A stretch of 64,000 nucleotides of DNA. Origin: an uncultured Pseudomonadota bacterium (GTDB taxonomy: Bacteria > Myxococcota_A > Polyangia > Fen-1088). Below, piece after piece: positions 39,721 through 48,939 of the stretch (positions are counted from its first letter, which is position 1; each line of letters opens with the position of its first letter). The translations under genes and the position numbers were made by a program. Where the stretch lies: contig CAWKBC010000027.1 of assembly GCA_963847705.1 (NCBI GenBank), positions 160,001 to 224,000 on the forward strand. The letters are read 5' to 3'. The notes under the pieces were generated by a model, which saw only the letters and a list, made by a program, of their open reading frames with translations, was not told the DNA's origin and did no database searches.

Positions 39721-40680
39721 CTACGGGCGGATCAGGCGTTTTTCGCGGCGCAGCCGCTTGCGGACGACCGCGGCGGCGCGCTTGTCGATGGTCGCCTGGG
39801 TCGGCTTGCGCCCCGCCATCGGCTCCTGTTCGGCGTGGTGCTCGACGAAGTCGCCCGGGGCGCAGCCGAGCTCGAACATCGTCACCTCGCGCTTGCCGCG
39901 ATCGCCGAGGCGGAACGGCACCACCGCGGCGCCGATCCCGGCGCCGACGTAGACCGCGCCGGCCGGCTCGCCCTTCGCTTGGGCGCCGGCGTGATCGCGG
40001 GAGCCATAGAGGCCGTGGACGTAGCGGTGGCCGGCGACGATGCCGACCGCCAGCTCGTGGAGCCGCGCCAGCGTCACCTGTCCGCCGTGGGTGTGCCCCG
40101 ACAGAACCAGCGGGATGCCGTGCCGCCACAGACCGTCGGCCTCCTCGGCGATGTGCGACAGCGCGATGGCCGGCAGGTCCCGGCGCAGGCCTTTGACGGC
40201 GGCGTCGCGCTGCGCGTGGCCGGTGTACGCGTCGTCGAGTCCCACCACCTGCAGGCGCTCGGAGCCGAGGGTGATGGTGGTGTTGCGGTTGCGCAGCACC
40301 TCGGCGCCTCCGTGCTGGAGCGCTTTTTCGACCTCGTCCGCCCCCGACCAGTAGTCGTGGTTGCCGAGCACGGCGATCACCGGTGCCTGAAAAAGCCGGA
40401 TCACCTCGGCGAGCTGATCCAGATAGAGCTGGCTGTGGCAGACGAAGTCACCGGAGAGGAGAACGAGGTCGGGACGCTCGGCGTTGGTCATCTCCACTGC
40501 GGTCCGCTGCACCTCGAAGGGGGTGATGCGGCCGACGTGCAGGTCGGTGAGGTGCGCGATCCGCAGATGGCTCACCTGGCTGCGGTAGGTGGCTGGCCCG
40601 GCGAAGCGGCGCAGCGCGATCCCGTAGCGACGGGCGCCGTTCGAAGGACGCCAGGTTGCGTGCGCACGACGAGCCGCCAT
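39721..40680 (-). CDS. Metallophosphoesterase (YkuE-like)
   Basis: DLH, GDFV, GNHD, SH and SGHTHGGQ. Confidence 0.85.
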   Translation of the reverse strand: MAARRAHATWRPSNGARRYGIALRRFAGPATYRSQVSHLRIAHLTDLHVGRITPFEVQRTAVEMTNAERPDLVLLSGDFVCHSQLYLDQLAEVIRLFQAPVIAVLGNHDYWSGADEVEKALQHGGAEVLRNRNTTITLGSERLQVVGLDDAYTGHAQRDAAVKGLRRDLPAIALSHIAEEADGLWRHGIPLVLSGHTHGGQVTLARLHELAVGIVAGHRYVHGLYGSRDHAGAQAKGEPAGAVYVGAGIGAAVVPFRLGDRGKREVTMFELGCAPGDFVEHHAEQEPMAGRKPTQATIDKRAAAVVRKRLRREKRLIRP

Positions 40681-40858
40681 TCGAGCGGCCCAAGCCGCAG
40701 CATCCTCGACCGTCGAAGGCACTGTCACAGTCGGATGAGAGCCGCTCACGGAACACCTCCAATATAACCCCAACGAAGCACCCCGGCCGTCGAATCGACC
40801 AACCACCTCGACCTACAACCCACTTCGGGACGGCGGGAGGGGTCTCACCCGCGCTCCA

Positions 40859-40947
40859 GGCGCTCTCGCCGCTTCAGTCGTGGGCGCCCTGCGGGACCAG
40901 CTGGGCGCTCTCGCCGCTTCAGTCGTGGGCGCCCTGCTGGACCAGCT
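40859..40947. repeat. 45-bp tandem duplication of the LysR gene 3' end
   Basis: GGCGCTCTCGCCGCTTCAGTCGTGGGCGCCCTGC(G/T)GGACCAGCT starts at 40859 and 40904. Confidence 0.85.
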
Positions 40948-41803
40948 CGAGGAAGGCGCGGGCGGCGTGGCTGAGGGTGCGGGCCTTGGCGTAGAGGAGG
41001 CGGACCTTGCGCTCGACGTGCAGCTCCTTGACGTTCACCTCGCGCAGGACGCCGCTCTCCACGTCCTGGCGGACGCACATCCGCGGCAGGAAGGCGACCC
41101 CTTCGTCGTTCTGAACCAGGCGGCGGATCGTCTCCAGCGTCGGCATCTCGACGTCCATGCGCAGCGGGACCTTGTGCCGGCGAAACTCGCGCAGGACCAC
41201 CTCGCGGTAGGGCGACAGGACGTTGTGGGCGATGAAGGTCTCCTCGCCGAGCTCGGTGATCGAGACGGAGCGGCGGCGGGCCAGGCGATGCTTGGGCGAC
41301 ACGATGAAGGCCAGCGCGTCGGTGTAGATGACCTTGGCGACCAGGCGATCGTCGCCGGGATCGTAGCTGGCGACACCGAGCTCGAGGTCGCCTTCCAGGA
41401 GCTCGACCGGGATGCGGCTCGATTGCGCGCGCCGGATCTGCACCTTGATCTTGGGAAACTGGCCCCGGTAGCGCTGGATGTACGGGAGGAGATAGAGCGT
41501 CGAGGACTCGTTGGCGCCCACGACCAGGCGGCCGGCCGACTTGTCGCGCAGCTCGGCCAGGGCGCCCTCCAGCTCCTCCTCGAGGTTGCGGAAGCGGCGG
41601 GCGAAGTCGAGCACCGTGCGGCCAGTGTCGGTCGGCACCAGCTCCTTGGCGCCGCGGTCGATCAGCTTCTCGCCGATCTCGCCTTCCAGCCGCTGGATCG
41701 CCAGCGAGATGGCCGGCTGGGTCCGGTAGAGCTTCTCGGCGGCGCGCGAGAAGCTGCGCTCGCTGACGACCGTGGCGAAGACCTGCAGCGCGTGGAGCTC
41801 CAT
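40919..41803 (-). CDS. LysR-family transcriptional regulator
   Basis: HTH SFSRAAEKLYRTQPAISLAIQRLE and a substrate-binding domain. Divergent from leuA. Confidence 0.93.
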   Translation of the reverse strand: MELHALQVFATVVSERSFSRAAEKLYRTQPAISLAIQRLEGEIGEKLIDRGAKELVPTDTGRTVLDFARRFRNLEEELEGALAELRDKSAGRLVVGANESSTLYLLPYIQRYRGQFPKIKVQIRRAQSSRIPVELLEGDLELGVASYDPGDDRLVAKVIYTDALAFIVSPKHRLARRRSVSITELGEETFIAHNVLSPYREVVLREFRRHKVPLRMDVEMPTLETIRRLVQNDEGVAFLPRMCVRQDVESGVLREVNVKELHVERKVRLLYAKARTLSHAARAFLELVQQGAHD

Positions 41804-41819
41804 GGGGGTATGGCAGAGT

Positions 41820-41834
41820 ATAACGAACGCTTAT
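41820..41834. promoter_or_regulatory. LysR-type T-N11-A binding box
   Basis: ATAA-cgaacgc-TTAT dyad in the AT-rich divergent lysR/leuA spacer. Confidence 0.55.
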
Positions 41835-41892
41835 CTGGCCAAGAACAATTATAAATTTGCGATATCAGCACCCCAGACCCAAGGTTGAGGCC

Positions 41893-43077
41893 ATGGCCCT
41901 GACTCCGACCCCCGACCGAGTTCATATCTTCGACACCACCTTGCGCGATGGCGAGCAGGCCCCCGGCTGCAGCATGACCGTGGGTGAGAAGCTGCGCATG
42001 GCCCACAAGCTGGCCGAGCTGGGCGTGGACATCATGGAAGCGGGGTTCCCCATCGCGTCGGCCGGCGACTTCGAGGCGGTGCAGAAGGTGAGCCGCGAGG
42101 TCTCGGTCAAGGTGGCGGCGCTGGCGCGCGCCACCGCGCTCGACGTCGAGCGGGCGGCCAAGGCGCTCGAGGGGGCGAAGTCGGCGCCGCGCATCCACGT
42201 CTTCCTGGCCACCAGCGACGTTCACCTCAAGTACAAGTTGAAGAAGACGCGGGCGCAGGTGCTGGACGAGGCGGCGGCCGCGGTGGCGCTGGCCCGCAAG
42301 CACGTCGGCGACGTCGAGTTCTCCGCCGAGGACGGCGGGCGGACGCCGGTCGAATATCTGATCGAGGTCTCGCGCGCGGTCGTCGCCGCGGGCGCCACCA
42401 CGGTCAACATCCCCGACACGGTCGGTTACGGCATCCCGGAGGAGTACGGCGCGCTCATCGGACAGGTCGCGCGCGCGCTCGGGCCGTCGGCCATCGTCAG
42501 CGTCCACTGCCACAACGATCTCGGGCTCGCCGTCGCCAACTCGCTCAGCGCCGTCCAGAACGGCGCCCGCCAGGTCGAGTGCACGGTCAACGGCATCGGC
42601 GAGCGGGCCGGCAACTGCTCGCTCGAGGAGATCGTCATGGTCTTGAAGACCCGGGCGGACAAGCTCCCCTACACGACCGGCATCAACGCCCAGCATCTCT
42701 TTCCGGCCAGCCAGCTCCTCACCGAGATCATCGGCGTCGGCGTCCAGCCGAACAAGGCGATCGTCGGCGCCAACGCCTTCGCGCACGAGGCCGGCATCCA
42801 TCAGGATGGCTTCCTCAAGGAGCGCACCACCTACGAGATCATCGAGCCCAAGAGCGTGGGCGTACCGGAGAGCCGCCTGGTGCTGGGAAAGCACAGCGGC
42901 CGCCACGCGCTCGGCGCGCGCTGCAAGGACCTGGGCCTGGCGCTCGACAAGCCCCAACTCGACGAGGTGTACACCCGCTTCACCGCGCTGGCCGATCGCC
43001 AAAAAGGGATCACCGACGACGAGATTCGCCGCCTCGCCACGCAGGTGCAGGAAGATCTAGGAAGAAAAATAGCGTAA
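41893..43077 (+). CDS. leuA: 2-isopropylmalate synthase, short form lacking the C-terminal regulatory domain
   Basis: FDTTLRDGEQAPG, PDTVG, HCHND, GIGERAGN, AHEAGIHQDG and LGKHSGR. It ends at ~394 aa. Confidence 0.88.
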   Translation: MALTPTPDRVHIFDTTLRDGEQAPGCSMTVGEKLRMAHKLAELGVDIMEAGFPIASAGDFEAVQKVSREVSVKVAALARATALDVERAAKALEGAKSAPRIHVFLATSDVHLKYKLKKTRAQVLDEAAAAVALARKHVGDVEFSAEDGGRTPVEYLIEVSRAVVAAGATTVNIPDTVGYGIPEEYGALIGQVARALGPSAIVSVHCHNDLGLAVANSLSAVQNGARQVECTVNGIGERAGNCSLEEIVMVLKTRADKLPYTTGINAQHLFPASQLLTEIIGVGVQPNKAIVGANAFAHEAGIHQDGFLKERTTYEIIEPKSVGVPESRLVLGKHSGRHALGARCKDLGLALDKPQLDEVYTRFTALADRQKGITDDEIRRLATQVQEDLGRKIA

Positions 43078-43155
43078 CTACGGTTACTTAAACGAACTTA
43101 TAGAAAGTTTGTAACTACGCTAAAGTACTAGAAGTCGGCAGCCGATGCTTGAGTC

Positions 43156-44049
43156 ATGGTTGCCAATCGTGTGGCCCGCGGTCTGGGTTTCTTTTGGCTC
43201 GCCACCGGCGCGGTCGCCTGCGCAGGCGCCGGCGAAGAACCGGCGGCGCCAGTAGGCGTCGCCGCGGTTGTCGACAACGGGCTGTCCGCCAACGGCCTGT
43301 CGGCGAACGGCTTGTCCGCCAACGGGCTGTCGGCGAACGGGCTGTCGGCGAACGGCTTGTCGGCCAACGGCTTGTCGGCGAACGGCCTGTCGGCGAACGG
43401 CCTGTCGGCGAACGGCCTGTCGGCGAACGGGCTGTCGGCGAATGGGCTGTCGGCGAACGGGCTGACCGCCGCCGGTTTTCTCGGCAACGGCTCGACGGTC
43501 CTCACCGATCCGCTGACCCAGCAGTTCCTCGCCTATGTCGTCTCCTGCGCCCTCAACGACCAGCAGAGCCTGACGTTCACGGTTGGCACGACGACCTACA
43601 CCTTCCCGGGCGGGCTGGGGCTCGCGCCTCAGTGGGGAGCTGCGCACGGCTCGTGCGACGGTTCGTGTCAGCGCTGGGTGTCGGCCTGCGTGCTGGCGCG
43701 CGTCGACGCGGCGGGGGTCCACCGGGAGATCTCGGTCCGCGGTCCCAGCTTGGCGCTGCTGCCGACCTGGAGTGAGCTCCTCCAGTACACGCAGCGCGAG
43801 GCGACCTACTTCGGCAACCTCTTCATCCCCGGCCAGCCGCGCTACCTCTGCCTGTCGCCCGGGCAGACCGAGGACGAGCGGGCCTGCGGCGACTCGCTCA
43901 GCGATTGCCCGATGACGGTCCTCGGGTCCTGCTCCAAGGTCTGCGCCTTCCAGGGCCTGTTCGGCGACTTCGACTTCTGCAGCGATGCCGGGCGCTTCGG
44001 GACCGGCCAGACGTACGCCGAAAGCGTAACCGTCTATCTGCCGAAGTAG
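43156..44049 (+). CDS. Lipoprotein with (NGLSA)n pentapeptide repeats and a Cys-rich myxobacterial domain
   Basis: Lipobox AVAC, 13 NGL(S/T)A units, YVVSCAL, GLAPQW, CQRWVSAC and EATYFGNLF. Confidence 0.8.
   Translation: MVANRVARGLGFFWLATGAVACAGAGEEPAAPVGVAAVVDNGLSANGLSANGLSANGLSANGLSANGLSANGLSANGLSANGLSANGLSANGLSANGLSANGLTAAGFLGNGSTVLTDPLTQQFLAYVVSCALNDQQSLTFTVGTTTYTFPGGLGLAPQWGAAHGSCDGSCQRWVSACVLARVDAAGVHREISVRGPSLALLPTWSELLQYTQREATYFGNLFIPGQPRYLCLSPGQTEDERACGDSLSDCPMTVLGSCSKVCAFQGLFGDFDFCSDAGRFGTGQTYAESVTVYLPK
43276..43470 (+). repeat. 15-bp coding tandem repeat x13
   Basis: AACGG(G/C)(C/T)TGTCGGC(G/C) units with synonymous variation. Confidence 0.92.
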
Positions 44050-44054
44050 CGGAT

Positions 44055-47000
44055 GTGATCGAGCAGGTCGTCGCCGGCCGGTTCCAGCTCCTCGCCCAGG
44101 CGGGCGCGGGAGGGATGGGCGCGGTGTATCGCGCCCGCGATCTCGCCACCGGGGCCACGGTGGCCGTCAAGATCCTGACCGGGCGCGAGGTGCGCGAGGC
44201 GCAGCGGTTCGAGCAGGAGGCCGCCATTCTGGCCGGCCTCGTTCACCCGGCCATCGTTCGCTACATCACGCACGGCATCGCCGACAGCGGGGCGCGCTAC
44301 ATCGCGATGGAGTGGCTGGACGGCGAGGACCTGGCCACCCGCCTCGAGCGCGAGCACCCGACGATCGCCGAGACGGTGGCCCTGGCCCGCCGCACCGCCG
44401 AGGCGCTGGCGTACGCGCACAGGCGGGGCGTCGTCCACCGCGACATCAAGCCGGGGAACCTGTTCCTGTCCGGCGGCGCCATCGATCGGCTGAAGGTGCT
44501 CGACTTCGGCATCGCCCGGCTCACCAGCGGGGCGGGGCGGCTGACCCGGACCGGCAAGGTGATCGGCACGCCCGGCTACATGGCTCCCGAGCTGGTGCGC
44601 GGCGCGCGCGAGATCACCCCGCGCGCCGACGTCTTCTCCCTCGGGTGCGTGATGTTCCAGTGTCTGACGGGCCGCGCGGTGTTCGAGGCCGAGGCGCCGA
44701 CCGCGCTCTTGGCCAAGATCCTCCTCGTCGAGGCGCCTCGCGTCCGGGAGCTCGCGCCCCACGTGCCGGCCTCGGTCGACGACTGCGTGGCCCGCATGCT
44801 GGCGAAGAATCCGGAGGATCGGCTGGCCGACGCGGCGGCGGTCCTCGAGCTCTTGGGCGCGCTGGGACCGGTCGGCGACGGGCGGGCGGTCGGCGCCGCG
44901 GGCGCCGGCGGGGCGACGATCGCGCTGACCGCCAGCGAACGCCGGATCGCCTGCGTCGTCATCGCCGGGCCCTCGGCGACGGGAGAGCGGCGCTGGAGCG
45001 GTGACGGCCCGCCGGCCGGCGACGCGTGGACGGAGCCGGGCTCCGCCCGGCGGAGCCCATCGCGCGGGGGAGCGGGGACCCTCTCAGGGTCCCCGGAGTT
45101 GTTGGACGAGGATGCCGTGCTGGCCGGGCAGCTTCGCCGGCTGATGGCGATCGAGGAGGAGCTGGCGCGCCGGCACGGAGCCCGCATTCACCCGCTGCCG
45201 GATGGATCGGTGGTCGTCTCCCTGCCGGAGCAGGAGCGCGCGACCGATCAGGCGGCGCGCGCGGCGCGGTGCGCGCTGGCCATGCGCAGCGCGCTGCCGG
45301 ACGTGGCGTTCGTGGTGTCGACCGGGCAGGGGCGCTTTTCGGCCTGGTCGGCGGTGGGGGAGGTGATCGACAACGGGATGCGGCTCTTGCGGGGGACGCC
45401 GCCAGGCAGCATCCGCCTCGACGACGTGGCCGCCGGGATGCTCGGCGCGCGCTTCGAGGTCCGGCGCGACGGCACCGCGCCCTATCTGCGCGCGGAGCGG
45501 GATTCGATCGGCGTCGAGCGCCAGCTGCTCGGCAAGGCGACTCCCTTCGTGGGCCGCGGCCGCGAGATGTCGATGCTGACCAACCTCTACGCCGGCACGG
45601 TGGCCGAGTCGGCCGCCACCCCGGTGCTGGTCATCGGCTCGGCCGGGGTGGGAAAGTCGCGGCTGCGGCAGGAGCTGATCGAGTGGGTGCAGCGCCAGCC
45701 CGATCGCGCCGAGATCCTGTTCGGCGGCGTCGATTCGGTCGGCGCCGGGTCGCCCTTCGCGATGCTCGCCCGGGCCATCCGGCGGACCGCGGGAATCGTC
45801 GACGGCGAACCGCTGGAGACCCGGCAGGAAAAGCTGGCGGCGCGCGTCGCCCGTCACGTCGATCGGGAGGCGCGCGCGCGGGTCACGGAGTTCCTGGGAG
45901 AGATCGCCGACGTGCGGTTCGCCGAAGAGGGCGAAGGGGCCAGCGAGGCCCTGCGGACGGCCCGCGCCAACCCTCAGCTGATGGGCGACGGGATGCGGCG
46001 CGCCTTCGAAGACTGGCTGATGGCCGAGTGCGCGGCCCACCCGGTGCTGCTGGTGCTGGAGGATCTGCACTGGGGCGATCTGGGGACGGTGAGCTTCCTC
46101 GACAGCGCGCTGCGAAACCTGCATGAGCAGCCGTTCATGGTGCTGGCGCTGGCGCGTCCCGAGGTGGAGGAGCGGTTCCCGGAGATCTGGACGGCGCGCC
46201 ACCGGCAGACCATCCGCCTCGGGCCCCTCTCGCCGCGCGCCAGCGAGCAGCTGGTCCGGCAGGCGCTGGGTGCGATCGGCGACGAGCTGCTGGCGCGGCT
46301 GGTGGAGCGCGCCGACGGCAACGCCTTCTATCTCGAGGAGTTGATCCGGGCCACGGCGGCCGGCCGCGCCGACGCGCTCCCCGACTCCGTGCTGGCCATG
46401 GTGCAGGCGCGGCTCGACACCGAGGGGCCCGAGGGCAAGCGCGTGCTGCGGGCGGCGGCCATCTTCGGCGAGCGATTCTCCCGCGCCGGTCTGGCCGCGC
46501 TCCTGGGCGGCGAGGCGGGGATGGACGATGTGTCGGACGCCCTGGAGCGCCTGGCGGCCCACGAGCTGGTGACGCGCGCGGCGACGCCCGCGCTGGCCGG
46601 CGACGTCGAGCTGGTGTTTGCCCACGCCCTCATCCGCGAAGCGGCCTACGCCATGCTCACCGACGAGGACCGGCTCTTGGGCCACCGGCTGGCGGGCGGC
46701 TGGCTCGAGCAGGCCGGGTCGGCCGATGCGATCGTGCTGGCGGAGCACTTTCGCCGGGGGGCCGAGCCATCGCGCGCCGCCCGCTGGTACGAGCGGGCGG
46801 CCGCGCAGTCCTTGAGCGCGAACGATCTGGTCGCCGCGATCGGGCGGGCGGAGCTGGGGATCGCCGGGGGCGCCTCGGGCGAGCAGGCCGGCAAGCTGCG
46901 CCTGATCGCCGCCGAGGCCCACGTCTGGCGCGGCGAGCTCGCCGAGGCCGAGCGGTTGGCCCTGGCCGCCGCCGTCGATCTCCCGGCCGGCGGCGCCGCC

Positions 47001-48083
47001 TGGCTGCGCGCGCTGGCGCAGGCGATCGTCGCGGCCGGCAAGCACGGCCGGCTGGAGTCGGTCGAACGCGAGGTCGCCGAGGTGGAGGCCTCGCCGCTCA
47101 CCGCCGATCCGGCCATCCGGAGCGCGCGCATCATCTCGCTGGCCTGGGGCGCACACTTCCTGGTGTTCGGCGGGCGGTACACCATCGCCGATCCGCTGAT
47201 CGCCACCATCGGCGCGCTGGCCGGCGAGAAGGATGCCGCGCTCGATCCGCAGGCGCTGGGGCTCCTGCACCAGGTGAGGGCGGTGCGGGCCTCCGCGGCC
47301 GGCGACCTCGGGCGCTGCCTGACCGGTCTCGAATCGGCGCTGCAGGCCTTCGAGCAGGCGGGAGACCTGCGCAACGCCTGCGCCGTCCGCAACAACCTGG
47401 GCTACATGTACTCGGAGCTGGGCGACTTCCAGCGCGCCGAGGCGGCGCTGCGCCAGGCGCTCGGCTCCTGCGACCGCATGGGGCTCCACGATCTGTCGGC
47501 CGCCGTGCAGCACAACCTCGGCCGCGTTCTCGGCTATGGGCCCGAGCTGGCGGAGGCCGAGCGCCTCGAACGGATGGCCATCGAAGCGTTTCGACGGCAG
47601 GGGGAGCCGCGCCTCGAGGGTCTGGCGCGAATCTACCTGGCCGAGATTCTGATCGCCCGCGGTGAGCTGGCGGCCGCGGGCGAAGAGGCTGCGGCGGCCG
47701 TGGCCGCGCTGGTCGTGGCGCCGGCGATCCGGGTGGCGGCGCTGGGCGCGTTGGCCCGCGCCCGGTTGGGCGGCGGAGATCGCGACGGCGGGCTGGCGGC
47801 GGCCGGCGAGGCTCACGCGGCGCTCGAGCGGCTCGGCGAGATCGAGGAGGGCGAGTCGATGGTTCGGTTGACCTACGCTGAGGCGCTGGCGGCGGCCGGC
47901 CAAGAGGCAGCGGCGCGGGCGACGCTGGCCCTGGCCCGTGCCCGCCTGCTGGCACGCGCCGACCGGGTCGCCGACCTCGGCTGGCGGCACCGCTTCCTGC
48001 ACGAGGTCCCGGTCAACGCCCGCATCCTCGCTCTCGCCGGTGAACCACCCCCGCCGGCAGCGGGATCGAGCGCCGCCGCGTAG
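44055..48083 (+). CDS. Ser/Thr kinase - degenerate cyclase-like - AAA ATPase - TPR protein
   Basis: GAGGMGAVY, HRDIKPGN, DFG, GTPGYMAPE; GSAGVGKS; EDLHWGD; FAHALIREAAY; C-terminal TPRs. Confidence 0.9.
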   Translation: MIEQVVAGRFQLLAQAGAGGMGAVYRARDLATGATVAVKILTGREVREAQRFEQEAAILAGLVHPAIVRYITHGIADSGARYIAMEWLDGEDLATRLEREHPTIAETVALARRTAEALAYAHRRGVVHRDIKPGNLFLSGGAIDRLKVLDFGIARLTSGAGRLTRTGKVIGTPGYMAPELVRGAREITPRADVFSLGCVMFQCLTGRAVFEAEAPTALLAKILLVEAPRVRELAPHVPASVDDCVARMLAKNPEDRLADAAAVLELLGALGPVGDGRAVGAAGAGGATIALTASERRIACVVIAGPSATGERRWSGDGPPAGDAWTEPGSARRSPSRGGAGTLSGSPELLDEDAVLAGQLRRLMAIEEELARRHGARIHPLPDGSVVVSLPEQERATDQAARAARCALAMRSALPDVAFVVSTGQGRFSAWSAVGEVIDNGMRLLRGTPPGSIRLDDVAAGMLGARFEVRRDGTAPYLRAERDSIGVERQLLGKATPFVGRGREMSMLTNLYAGTVAESAATPVLVIGSAGVGKSRLRQELIEWVQRQPDRAEILFGGVDSVGAGSPFAMLARAIRRTAGIVDGEPLETRQEKLAARVARHVDREARARVTEFLGEIADVRFAEEGEGASEALRTARANPQLMGDGMRRAFEDWLMAECAAHPVLLVLEDLHWGDLGTVSFLDSALRNLHEQPFMVLALARPEVEERFPEIWTARHRQTIRLGPLSPRASEQLVRQALGAIGDELLARLVERADGNAFYLEELIRATAAGRADALPDSVLAMVQARLDTEGPEGKRVLRAAAIFGERFSRAGLAALLGGEAGMDDVSDALERLAAHELVTRAATPALAGDVELVFAHALIREAAYAMLTDEDRLLGHRLAGGWLEQAGSADAIVLAEHFRRGAEPSRAARWYERAAAQSLSANDLVAAIGRAELGIAGGASGEQAGKLRLIAAEAHVWRGELAEAERLALAAAVDLPAGGAAWLRALAQAIVAAGKHGRLESVEREVAEVEASPLTADPAIRSARIISLAWGAHFLVFGGRYTIADPLIATIGALAGEKDAALDPQALGLLHQVRAVRASAAGDLGRCLTGLESALQAFEQAGDLRNACAVRNNLGYMYSELGDFQRAEAALRQALGSCDRMGLHDLSAAVQHNLGRVLGYGPELAEAERLERMAIEAFRRQGEPRLEGLARIYLAEILIARGELAAAGEEAAAAVAALVVAPAIRVAALGALARARLGGGDRDGGLAAAGEAHAALERLGEIEEGESMVRLTYAEALAAAGQEAAARATLALARARLLARADRVADLGWRHRFLHEVPVNARILALAGEPPPPAAGSSAAA

Positions 48084-48135
48084 CCATCAAGACGTTGAAA
48101 CTTTGGCGCGGGCGATTATGCTGCGCGACGATCCC

Positions 48136-48939
48136 ATGGCCACCGTCGACGTTCCGCTGAAGAGAGTTCGTTTTGGCCACACCGCGCGCAAGGACGGGTG
48201 GTGGGTCATGCCGCTGACCACCCTGGTGGTGTTCAGCTCCTTCATCGCCTACACCACCTGGGCGCTGTTCCAGGGGGACAATTATTCCTACGGCAACTAC
48301 CTGTCGCCGTTCTACTCGCCCGAGATCTTCGGCAACTCGCCGCACGCCTGGTTCGGTCCCTGGCACTGGCCCTGGCCCTCGTTCATCAAGTACTCGCCGG
48401 CGATGCTGATCCTGGTCTTCCCGCTGGCCTTCCGGATGACCTGCTACTACTACCGCGGCGCCTACTACAAGGCGTTCTGGGCCGACCCGCCCGCCTGCGC
48501 CGTCGGCGAGCCGCGCCACAATTACCGGGGCGAAGCCAAGTGGCCGCTCCTCATTCAGAACGTTCACCGCTACGCGCTCTACTTCGCGCTGGTCTTCATC
48601 GTCCTTCTGTCGATCGACGTGGTGAAGGGGTTCACCTTCAATGATCCGAAGACGGGGCACGCCACCTTCGGCGTGGGCGTCGGCTCGCTGGTGCTGCTGC
48701 TCAACGTGGTGCTGATCGGCGGCTACACGCTGGGCTGCCACTCGTTCCGCCACCTGGTGGCTGGCATCATGGACACCTTCTCGAAGTCACCGTTGCGCAA
48801 GAAGGTCTACGACTGCGCCAGCTGTCTCAATCGGCATCACCCCAAGTGGGCCTGGTGCTCGCTGGTCTGGGTGGCGCTCACCGACGTCTACATTCGACTG
48901 TGCGCCAGCGGCGTCATCGTCGATCCGAGGATCTTCTAA
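48136..48939 (+). CDS. Succinate dehydrogenase membrane anchor, actinobacterial Sdh1 (Rv0249c)-type
   Basis: YLSPFYSP, FRMTCYYYRGAYY.AFWADPPACAV.E, QNVHRY and YTLGCHSFRH. Directly upstream of sdhA. Confidence 0.85.
   Translation: MATVDVPLKRVRFGHTARKDGWWVMPLTTLVVFSSFIAYTTWALFQGDNYSYGNYLSPFYSPEIFGNSPHAWFGPWHWPWPSFIKYSPAMLILVFPLAFRMTCYYYRGAYYKAFWADPPACAVGEPRHNYRGEAKWPLLIQNVHRYALYFALVFIVLLSIDVVKGFTFNDPKTGHATFGVGVGSLVLLLNVVLIGGYTLGCHSFRHLVAGIMDTFSKSPLRKKVYDCASCLNRHHPKWAWCSLVWVALTDVYIRLCASGVIVDPRIF

Noticed and set aside
39653-40850. GGGGCAGACCCC / GGGGTCTCACCC REP-like hairpins
   Set aside because: Only two short, dissimilar instances and no associated tyrosine transposase.
43276-43470. Regular repeat array as a possible CRISPR
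   Set aside because: The 15-bp units have no spacers and are in-frame coding. No cas genes are in the window.
45084-48002. Long antisense ORFs (972 aa here, also 38569-40767 and 48787-50670)
   Set aside because: Shadow ORFs typical of high-GC coding DNA, opposite well-supported genes.
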